From Dehalococcoidia bacterium (GTDB taxonomy: Bacteria; Chloroflexota; Dehalococcoidia; Plut-88900), in assembly GCA_965197585.1 (NCBI GenBank), contig OZ240215.1, positions 736,001 to 800,000 on the forward strand: DNA of 64,000 nt, in the 5' to 3' direction. Position 1 is the stretch's first letter, and the number at the start of each line of letters is the position of its first letter. Of the stretch, positions 38,708 to 46,733 are shown piece by piece. The position numbers and the translations under genes are program-made. Below the pieces are notes generated by a model that made no database searches, had not been told where the DNA came from, and was given only the letters and a program-made list of their open reading frames with translations.

Positions 38708-41700
38708 TCAATGCCAGTCATGGGCGGCAGGCATCCGGGTCCCGACATCCAGCGTCTTCACGCTGGAGAGGGTCACGTTGGTGGTGCCGTCATGGCGGGA
38801 GACGACTCCCCTGGCCAAGAGTACGTGATTGCCCAACTCTCTCTTGTACCGGGCGAAGACCTTCGGCCAGACGATTAACTGCACGTCTCCCGTCTCGTCT
38901 TCTATTGTCACAAATACCGTGCCCTCTATGCCCCTGGGGTGCTGCCGGGCGACGGGCCAGCCGGCCACTAGTACCTTCTCGCCCTCGGGGAGGGTGTCGA
39001 TGTCACGGGCGGGCAGGACATCGGGACTCAGAGTCGGTCTCACGAACTCCATGACGTGTCCCCTGGGATAGATGTCCATGACGGCGTACTCGCCGGCCAT
39101 CTTCTCCTTTGGGGTGAAGTCGGGCAGGTTGGGAATGTTGGTTCCCGAGGAGATGGACATGGCTCTCTGGCCGTTTCTCGGGGGGCGAACGGGAAGGCCG
39201 ACATCCCACAAGGCCTCCCTGCGGTTGGGAGTAACCTCGTCGAAGGCCCCGGCCATAACGAGGGAGTGGATGGCCCGGGGTTTAAGCCCGGTCCTCCGCA
39301 CCAGGTCCCCGGCCCCCAAGTAGAAGCCGTTCCTATCCCTCTCCTCAACTATTGTCCTGGCCGACTCCCCACCCACATCCTTGACGATCCCCAGACCCAG
39401 CAATAAGGCATCATTATGAGGTACACACTTCACCTCGCTGTAGTTCACGCACGGGTTCAGGAAGGGTACCCCGAACCGCCGGGCGTCCTCCTTTATGGTC
39501 TCCATCGGGTAGAAGCCCATCGGCTGGTTGTTCATCAGCGCGACGAAGAACTCCAGCGGGTAGTGGCACTTGAGCCATGCGGCTTGGTAGGCGGTGACGG
39601 CAAAGGCATGGGAGTGGGACTCGGGGAACATGTAGTGGCCGTTGATCTTGGAGAATATCTTCCTCGCTGTCTCCTCTGGGACGCCGTTGCAACGAGCGCC
39701 CTCTACGAACCTCTCCCAGTGCCTGGCGATGAGGTGCTCGCTGTTGGGTCTGGCGAAGGCGCGGCGCACCTCGTCAGCCTGCGCCGCGGTCATGCCGGCC
39801 ACGTCCTCGATGAGCTGCACGACCTGCTCCTGCCAGACGATGATCCCGTAGCCCCGTTCCAGGGCGCGGGCTTCCAGTGGGTAGTCATAGTCCCACTCCG
39901 CCCCGTGCCTGTAGCGCTCGACGAACTGGGAGACGGCGCTGCCCTGTACGCCAACGCCGGGCCGGATGAGGGCGACCTGGTAGGCGAGGTCGAGGAGGTT
40001 CCGGGACTTCAGCCTCTGACCCATCTTGAGCTGCGCCGGGGACTGGAGCAGGAAGACTCCCTTAGAGAGGCCCCCGTTTATCATGTCGTACACGACCGCG
40101 TCATCAGGGTCTATACGGCTGATGTCGGGCCGCCTGCCCTCTCTCTTCTCCACCAGGTCGAGGGCCTCCTCTATCTGGTCAAGGACCGGCAGGGAGAGGA
40201 TGTCGATCTTGGCGAACCCGGCGTCGGCCACGCTGTCCTTGTTCCAGTCCATGATGTAGCGCCCGTCCATGGCCCCGGCCCTTATGGGGACCATCTCAGG
40301 GATGGGGGAACTGCTGAGCACCATGCCGCCGACGTGCTGGCTCAGTCCCCTGGGCGCGTCCATCAGCTGTGGAGCGAGATCAAGCAGGTCTCGCCAGCCC
40401 CGCACGTCCACCCTGTCCCTGAAGTCCGGGATCTGCTCCATCTCGTCCCGCAGGTCCGCGGCGTCGTGGGAGTGCAGCTGCTTCGACAGGAGGGAGAGTC
40501 GCTCCTTTGGAAGCCCCAGGGCCTTGCCCAGGTCCTGGAGGATGCCCTTGACCTTGTAGGTGGTGATGGCCCCGGTCAACACGGCGTACTCCGGCCCGAA
40601 ATGCCGGTGGACCCGCTCTATGAGCTCGTCCCTCAGACCCCTGGGGAAGTCGAGGTCGATGTCGGGAAGCGTCGTCATATCCTTGGAGATGAAGCGCTCA
40701 AGGGTGAGGTCCCACTTCAGGGGGTCGACGTGGCTGATTCCGATGAGGTAGCCGATGAGCAGCGCCACCGATGAGCCCCGTCCTCTTCCCGGCGGCCTCT
40801 CCTCTATAGGAGTCTCCGGGTTGACCAGCCCACGCTCCTCCATGATCGTCTGCGCCAAGAGCGCGATCTCCCTGTAGAGGAGCAGGAAGCCAGCAAGGTT
40901 CAGATGCTCGATCAGCTGGAACTCCTCGCGGAGACGCTCTTCGACGCGCTGGGGCACCGAGCCGTAGCGCCGCGCGGCCGCCTCGTAGCAGAGCCTCCGA
41001 AGGTAGCTCTCGGCCGTGTATCCCTCCGGCACCGAGGGACTGGGCTGGGTGTAACCAAGGTCCGTGCTGAGATCGAAGGCGCACCGCTCCGCCACCCGCA
41101 GGGTGCTGGAGACGGCCTCCGGCCATTCCCTGAAGAGCCGTTCCATCTGGTCATGGGACTTCAGATAGAAGTGGTGGTTGGGGCGAAGGTGCGGCAGGGC
41201 CTGGTCTACGGTGGTGTTGAGCTTTGCGGCCACGAGAGCGTCCTGTAGACGGGAGCGTTCGGGATGGTGGTAGAGGACGTTGTTGGAGGCGACCACCGGG
41301 ACGCCGGCCTCACCGGCGATCCTTGCCAGCCTCCTGTTGAGGTCGGTGTCCCCACGCAGGCGGTTCTGGTTGAGCTCGACGTACACCGAGCCGGACCCGT
41401 ACCAGTCCAGGTACCCCCTCAGCAGGTCATTGGCTTCTCTTATGCGGCCCTCCGCCGCCAGCCGTGAAAGCGGCCCGTCCCGACCGCCTGTCAGGAGCAC
41501 GACGCCCTCGGAGTGGTGGGGCAGATGAGCGGGGTCCAGCCTCGGCTCGCTGCGGTCAACGGAGTTGGCGTTGGTGAAGAGCTGGGAGATGTTGGAGTAG
41601 CCTGACCGCGTCGCGGCGAGAAGCGTGAGACGGGAGCCATCGGTCAGGGTCAACTCGCCGCCGGTGATGGGCCGGATGCCCAGGCTGTTGGCTAGCCGCG

Positions 41701-41854
41701 CGAACTCCAGCGCTCCACAGAGGTTCGTGTCGGTCAAGGCCAGGGCGGGGTAGCCGAGCTCCTTCGCCTGCGCCAGCAGCTCATGGGCATGGGAAGCCCC
41801 CATCCCGAAGGAGTGGAAGCTCTTGGCGTGAAGCTCGACGTAGCCATCCGTCAT
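38708..41854 (-). CDS. dnaE2: error-prone DNA polymerase DnaE2 (ImuC)
   Basis: YVELHAKS PHP start overlapping imuB stop (TGATG), GRGS, PDIDLD, QHVGG, FPESH, NNQPMGFY, OB fold with IEDETG. Confidence 0.93.
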   Translation of the reverse strand: MTDGYVELHAKSFHSFGMGASHAHELLAQAKELGYPALALTDTNLCGALEFARLANSLGIRPITGGELTLTDGSRLTLLAATRSGYSNISQLFTNANSVDRSEPRLDPAHLPHHSEGVVLLTGGRDGPLSRLAAEGRIREANDLLRGYLDWYGSGSVYVELNQNRLRGDTDLNRRLARIAGEAGVPVVASNNVLYHHPERSRLQDALVAAKLNTTVDQALPHLRPNHHFYLKSHDQMERLFREWPEAVSSTLRVAERCAFDLSTDLGYTQPSPSVPEGYTAESYLRRLCYEAAARRYGSVPQRVEERLREEFQLIEHLNLAGFLLLYREIALLAQTIMEERGLVNPETPIEERPPGRGRGSSVALLIGYLIGISHVDPLKWDLTLERFISKDMTTLPDIDLDFPRGLRDELIERVHRHFGPEYAVLTGAITTYKVKGILQDLGKALGLPKERLSLLSKQLHSHDAADLRDEMEQIPDFRDRVDVRGWRDLLDLAPQLMDAPRGLSQHVGGMVLSSSPIPEMVPIRAGAMDGRYIMDWNKDSVADAGFAKIDILSLPVLDQIEEALDLVEKREGRRPDISRIDPDDAVVYDMINGGLSKGVFLLQSPAQLKMGQRLKSRNLLDLAYQVALIRPGVGVQGSAVSQFVERYRHGAEWDYDYPLEARALERGYGIIVWQEQVVQLIEDVAGMTAAQADEVRRAFARPNSEHLIARHWERFVEGARCNGVPEETARKIFSKINGHYMFPESHSHAFAVTAYQAAWLKCHYPLEFFVALMNNQPMGFYPMETIKEDARRFGVPFLNPCVNYSEVKCVPHNDALLLGLGIVKDVGGESARTIVEERDRNGFYLGAGDLVRRTGLKPRAIHSLVMAGAFDEVTPNRREALWDVGLPVRPPRNGQRAMSISSGTNIPNLPDFTPKEKMAGEYAVMDIYPRGHVMEFVRPTLSPDVLPARDIDTLPEGEKVLVAGWPVARQHPRGIEGTVFVTIEDETGDVQLIVWPKVFARYKRELGNHVLLARGVVSRHDGTTNVTLSSVKTLDVGTRMPAAHDWH

Positions 41855-43305
41855 CAGGCGCTCTGCCGGTACCAGCGTTCTTCCGTCCCGTCGCGGAACA
41901 GGGTGATCTGGCCGCCGCCGTCGGGCTCGATCCGGTAGTAGTCGCGGGCAACCGGCTCCGGGAGCCACCACAGGTCGAAGGTCCACATGTCGTCTATGCG
42001 GGCCACCCGCCGCCATCGTCTCCGAAGCAGCACCGACACAGGGTCGCCCTCCGTTCCCTCCCGCACCTCCACCGGCTGCGGCGGGTGGAGGGGCCTGATG
42101 GCGTCCCTGCCCGACGGGTCGATGGGCACCTGCAGGGCACGCATCTCCGGGGCGGGGTGCCACGGCGCGACCTCGGCGATCCGGTGGAGTGTGTGACCGC
42201 CTCCCATCACCGCCTGCAACCTGCGCTCCACCTCGACGAGCCTCCTGCGCCTGTCGTCCTGGAAGTCCTTCAGCAGCCCCATCTGGACGCCCGACTCGCC
42301 GGTGAAGCCAGACAGGGTGACCGTCACGTCCTCGACGGGGTTGTGCGGAGGGTCCGCCTCCAACTTGCTCCGGACGATTTCGGAGGCCCTCTCCCATGCG
42401 CCGACCGGCTGCTTGAACCTGACACTCTTCTCCCAGGGCGGCCAACCGGAAGCCGTGCAGAGGAGGTCCGCCGCGCCCGCGTACCGGCCCCTCATGTCCG
42501 ACCTGGCGTATGCCCGTCTTAGAAGGGCGTCCACGGCGACGAACAGAGCCTGTATGGAGGAGGAGTGGAACGGCAACGACGTGTGCTCGACGACTGACTC
42601 CTCCAACGCCAGGGGTATGACCGGGCTGTCGTCGACACCGTTGCAGAGCGACCACGCCCGCCTGCCTTCGGGCCCGAACCGGTCCGTGAGCACGTGGACG
42701 CTCATCTCTGCGACAGCGCCCACCGTGTGCAGGCCGAATCGATGCAGCTCGGCCTTCACGTCGGCGGAGACGGGCAGCAGGTCGGCGGCGTGCGGGGCCA
42801 GGAACGCCTCCACGTCGTCGGGGACCCTGAACGCCCCGTGCGCGCCGCACGTCAGGGCCGCTACATATGCGGGGAACTTGGCGTCTGCCAGCCCGACGCG
42901 GGGGCTCAGGTACGGAGGAACCGCGTTGAGCAGCGCCGAGACGACCCCAGCCTCGCCCTGGTACAGCCCTTCGAGGCCGTCGATGCGCACGTAGGCGATG
43001 CCGAGCTCTGTCCCCTCAACCCGGTCGCTGATACCCTGTAGGGAGGAGAGCACCCGGCCGAAGACCCGGCGGTAGTGCGGCTCGTCGGAGTCCAGCACGA
43101 CGGCGTTCGCGTGGCGGGACAAGCCCGCCTCCAGGGTCATCCCGGCCGTGACTCCCCAGGCTGAGCGAAAGCGGTCGACGACCAGTGGCCTCGTCCTCGA
43201 AGCGTTCCGGTCGACGATCAGTACGGGCCTGTCCTTCAGCTGGGGCTGCCGGCCCATCTGCACCTTTGCTCTCAGGTGAGTGACGAGCACGCAAGCGACT
43301 CTCAT
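41854..43305 (-). CDS. imuB: ImuB-like Y-family polymerase homologue
   Basis: GVTAGMTL, AYVRIDGL, FGLHTVG; lacks obvious catalytic SIDE motif; coupled to dnaE2. Confidence 0.85.
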   Translation of the reverse strand: MRVACVLVTHLRAKVQMGRQPQLKDRPVLIVDRNASRTRPLVVDRFRSAWGVTAGMTLEAGLSRHANAVVLDSDEPHYRRVFGRVLSSLQGISDRVEGTELGIAYVRIDGLEGLYQGEAGVVSALLNAVPPYLSPRVGLADAKFPAYVAALTCGAHGAFRVPDDVEAFLAPHAADLLPVSADVKAELHRFGLHTVGAVAEMSVHVLTDRFGPEGRRAWSLCNGVDDSPVIPLALEESVVEHTSLPFHSSSIQALFVAVDALLRRAYARSDMRGRYAGAADLLCTASGWPPWEKSVRFKQPVGAWERASEIVRSKLEADPPHNPVEDVTVTLSGFTGESGVQMGLLKDFQDDRRRRLVEVERRLQAVMGGGHTLHRIAEVAPWHPAPEMRALQVPIDPSGRDAIRPLHPPQPVEVREGTEGDPVSVLLRRRWRRVARIDDMWTFDLWWLPEPVARDYYRIEPDGGGQITLFRDGTEERWYRQSA

Positions 43306-43346
43306 AGGTCCTCCTCGATCCTTGAGTAGAGGGGTCAGGACGGGAA

Positions 43347-43375
43347 AGGATAGAGAACAGGTGTTCGTTTGTCAA
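43347..43375 (-). promoter_or_regulatory. SOS promoter with LexA box
   Basis: minus-strand TTGACA-N17-TATCCT; GAAC-AGGT-GTTC (43355-43366) inside the spacer. Confidence 0.85.
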
Positions 43376-43554
43376 CCATTCGGCTGAATTCACAACGCTG
43401 TACGAGCGGCGGTGTACCGGGACCAGTGCAACCGAGCAACCATGACGAGTCGGTGGGACAATCCCATGCCGATACCCCGTCATTTGCGCGAGTGCTACCA
43501 TCAACGTCGCATAGCGGCTAGGATAGTTTCGAGCAATCGGAGGGTGTATGGCCG

Positions 43555-44358
43555 ATGGCGGAGCTAGGACCGGCAACGACACGACGGACGAGGACTGGGG
43601 TCAACTACGCCAGCCAGTGGAATCACTTCGTCGCGTGGTCCCGGGCTTCAGGGAAGTGTTCGCTGCCCGCTTCCCCCGAGGACGTGGCGGCATACCTCGA
43701 AGACCGGTCGGGGACGGGCGCGAGGCCATCGACCCTGCGGGTGGTGGCTGCGGCGATAGCCCGCAGCCACAGGGACGCCGGTTTCGACGTGCCGATCCAT
43801 AAAGGCCCCGCCCGGACCGCGCTGGAAGAGTTGACGCAGGAGGACTCCCACCGCCCGGCCAGGGCGCTCCCCCTGGACCTGGACTGCTATCTCGCCATCA
43901 GGAAGACGGCCCAACAGCCCCGTAGGGGAAGGGGCGGCCGGCTGGAACGCACCGCGAGCGCCCGCAGGCGGGGAGCGATGGACATTGCCATGATCGGCCT
44001 GATGCGGGATGCGAGGCTGAGGGTGAGCGAGGCGGCCGACCTGACCTGGGGCGACATCGAGCGTCAGCGCGGCGGCTCGGGACGCGTTCGCGTCGTGGGA
44101 GACGGGGAGACCAGCCACCGCGAGGTGAGCGCCGACACGATGAAGTTGCTCCTGCCGGTACGACGGGGCGCGGGCGACGACGAGCCCGTTCTCGGCATGA
44201 GGCCCAACCAGATAGCGAGACGGATAGACGCGGCGGCGAGACAGGCCGGCCTGGGCGAGGGCTACTCCGGCGACAGCCCCCGGCTGGGCATGATCCGGGA
44301 CATGGAGACCGTCGGCGTACACCTGCTGGGTGCCTACGCCGCAGAGAGCGCACGCTAG
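43555..44358 (+). CDS. Cre-like tyrosine recombinase paralogue, apparently catalytically degenerate
   Basis: N-terminal core-binding domain and LRVSEA retained; DSPR instead of HxxR; lacks catalytic Lys hairpin and canonical W/Y tail. Confidence 0.75.
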   Translation: MAELGPATTRRTRTGVNYASQWNHFVAWSRASGKCSLPASPEDVAAYLEDRSGTGARPSTLRVVAAAIARSHRDAGFDVPIHKGPARTALEELTQEDSHRPARALPLDLDCYLAIRKTAQQPRRGRGGRLERTASARRRGAMDIAMIGLMRDARLRVSEAADLTWGDIERQRGGSGRVRVVGDGETSHREVSADTMKLLLPVRRGAGDDEPVLGMRPNQIARRIDAAARQAGLGEGYSGDSPRLGMIRDMETVGVHLLGAYAAESAR

Positions 44359-44763
44359 CCGTAGGCATCCCCCAATAGGGCGTTACGCCACGGGCCCGGA
44401 CGCCGGGCTCGCTCAAGGGTCCCTGTAGAGATCGGTACCCGCTCTCAGCCCCGACTCGCCGTGGGGGCCCCTGGAGCATCCTTCGAGCCCCCAAAATCGT
44501 TACACTATATATAGGAGACGAAATTTGTAGCCGCCTCGGGAGGGAAGGGATTCCCGGAGGGGTCTACGAGCAGCTCCGGCATAGCAGGGTCAACATCCGT
44601 CCCGGCCTGAAAAAATCGTATGTTTTCAATAGAGACGGCATCTCATAACGATGCGGCCATTGACGAGAAAAGAGGAGGTACAGCATGGGGTTAAATGGGA
44701 GCCCGGAAGGGGGCGGATAGGAGAGAGGGTTTCGTTCCAGCCGGCAGTCTCAGCCGCTAATGC

Positions 44764-44797
44764 TAAAGCGTGTATAAATACATTTATACACCCTGTA
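44764..44797. other. loxP-like recombination site 1
   Basis: TAAAGCGTGTATA-AATACATT-TATACACCCTGTA (13-8-13; arms 11/13 inverted match). Confidence 0.75.
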
Positions 44798-44829
44798 GCT
44801 AAACGACAATGAAAGCGGCTAGGAGACAA

Positions 44830-46089
44830 ATGACACAGGGTAAGCCGGATCTCGAACAGTACTTTCCCGCCGGTCTGCGGCTACTCGAACACCGCCCGGC
44901 AGGCGGAGGCGAGAGCGAACGAGAGCAGGCCCGCGCCCTTCTTTCAGGACCTCAAGCCAGGATAAGCAGGCTCCGGGACTTTGCGGACTTCGACGAGCCT
45001 TCCCGGCCCGAGCCGGCCCGTGCAGCAGGCCGCACCCGGAACCGGGGCGGCTACCGGAGCGAGGCGGATGCGGGCGCTCTCATCACCGTCGCTCCCACCG
45101 ACCTCACGGGCGTGTTCGAGGTGGAACCGGACGATCCCTCTCGAAACGGCGCCAATCTTGCGGAGTCGGACCTGGACAACCTGACCGCGGTCCTCGGCCA
45201 CGAGGTCGCCCCCAATACGATGAAGAACTACCGGGTCCAGTGGAACAATTTCATAAACTGGGCGGCCGGCAAGGGCGTACGGGCGCTGCCCGCCGACCCG
45301 CGGCACGTCGCCGCATACCTGGCCGAGCGCATCGAAGAGCACGGCCACAAGCCCGCGACGCTGCGGGCCGCGGCGGCGGCCATAGCGTTCATCCACAGGT
45401 CCGCCGGGCAGGACGACCCCTGCGCCAGCCCCGAGGTCAAGCGAACGCTCAGGAGCGCAACGCGCAAGGCCGGCAGGGGCCAGAAGCAGGCTCAGGCGCT
45501 CACGGACGAGGCGCTCGTCGCCATCCGGTCGACCGCCTGCAGCCCTCGTCCCGGCCGGGGCGGCAGGCCGGAGGGCCGGGAGACCGCCAGGTGCAGGGGG
45601 AACCTGGACATAGCGCTGATCAGCCTGATGCGCGACGCCATGCTCAGAGTGTCCGAGGCCGCCGTCCTGACCTGGAGCGACATAGTGTCCGAGGCCGACG
45701 GCACGGGACGCCTGCTCATCCGGCGCTCCAAGACGGACTCCGAGGGAGAGGGGGCGGTGGGTTTCCTGTCCGTTCAGACGATGGAGGCGCTCAGGCTGAT
45801 ATGCGGCGCGAGGGTGTCCACGGACAGCGTGTTCGGGCTGCGCCCCAACCAGATCTCACGGCGCATCAAGCAGGCGGCGCAGGCGGCAGGCCTGGGGGAC
45901 GGCTTCAGCGGTCACTCGCCGAGGGTGGGCATGGCCCGGGACCTGGCGAGGGCCGGAATCGAGCTGCCCAGCCTGATGAACGCCGGACGCTGGCGCACCC
46001 CGGCCATGCCCGCTCACTACACCCGCAACGAGACAGCAGGCAAGGGAGCGGTGGCCCAGTTCCACGGCTACTGCCGCCGCGTCGCATGA
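44830..46089 (+). CDS. Cre-like tyrosine recombinase, intact catalytic set
   Basis: LRVSEA (R), RSKTD (K), GHSPRVG (HxxR), AGRW (W), HYTR (Y); AGGAG RBS before ATG 44830. Confidence 0.9.
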   Translation: MTQGKPDLEQYFPAGLRLLEHRPAGGGESEREQARALLSGPQARISRLRDFADFDEPSRPEPARAAGRTRNRGGYRSEADAGALITVAPTDLTGVFEVEPDDPSRNGANLAESDLDNLTAVLGHEVAPNTMKNYRVQWNNFINWAAGKGVRALPADPRHVAAYLAERIEEHGHKPATLRAAAAAIAFIHRSAGQDDPCASPEVKRTLRSATRKAGRGQKQAQALTDEALVAIRSTACSPRPGRGGRPEGRETARCRGNLDIALISLMRDAMLRVSEAAVLTWSDIVSEADGTGRLLIRRSKTDSEGEGAVGFLSVQTMEALRLICGARVSTDSVFGLRPNQISRRIKQAAQAAGLGDGFSGHSPRVGMARDLARAGIELPSLMNAGRWRTPAMPAHYTRNETAGKGAVAQFHGYCRRVA

Positions 46090-46130
46090 ACGGGGCTCTT
46101 AATTTAGGAAGAGAATCCTTGCAACGGGGA

Positions 46131-46158
46131 TTGACTTGACCTGGCGAATTGTGATAAT
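46131..46158 (+). promoter_or_regulatory. putative outward-facing promoter inside lox-flanked segment
   Basis: TTGACT-N16-GATAAT with TGn extended -10. Confidence 0.55.
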
Positions 46159-46212
46159 TTTTGGCCCATGAAGCGGTTAACCACCGCCTCCAGCGGTATT
46201 AGAGGAGACAAT

Positions 46213-46246
46213 AAAAGCGTGTATAAATGTATTTATACACCCTCTG
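46213..46246. other. loxP-like recombination site 2 (spacer inverted relative to site 1)
   Basis: AAAAGCGTGTATA-AATGTATT-TATACACCCTCTG; spacer is the exact reverse complement of AATACATT. Confidence 0.75.
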
Positions 46247-46733
46247 GCTTGAGAAACTCCTACGGGTCGCCGCCTGCGCCTGCCCGTCGCGCCGGACGGA
46301 CCGGCGGGATGACAACGCTGACGGCCCATCACTCCCAATGGTGTGCTCACTGGGGAGAAATTACCCCATCCGGCGGGAACGAGGATACCGAGTACTACGG
46401 TGACGCCCGCAATGGAGAGGCACTGGCCCCTCCGATAACACTTCTCTCGTTTGTCTGTGGTGAAAGGAATACTGAGCCGGGCCTCACCTGCGCCGAGTTC
46501 ATCGATCCTCCTGCCCAATCACGACCGGGCCAGGTTCTCACCTCGGCGGCCGTAGAGCGCATCTCCCGCGGCATAGTGGTCTCGATCCCGCTCAAGTCAT
46601 CCCCGGCCGACTACACCGTGTTCATTATGAACAACGCTATTGCCCAAGCAGTGCCTATCTTCCACCGAACATACGAAAAAGTGGTGGCTTGTTGGCCCCC
46701 GACTAACGCGAATCGGCGAGCCGGAGGTAAGTC

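Noticed and set aside
39416-40774. Long antisense ORFs (also 21891-22940, 54194-55132, 59048-60172)
   Set aside because: Antisense shadows of high-GC genes with strong codon bias.
41855-42850. N-terminal 330-aa extension of the 1380-aa dnaE2 ORF
   Set aside because: Low-complexity Arg/Gly/Pro shadow frame overlapping imuB; the real start is the ATG at 41854 coupled to the imuB stop.
44764-46246. Engineered loxP or vector contamination
   Set aside because: Outer arms differ from loxP (no ATAACTTC), the recombinase is only Cre-like, and no vector parts are present.
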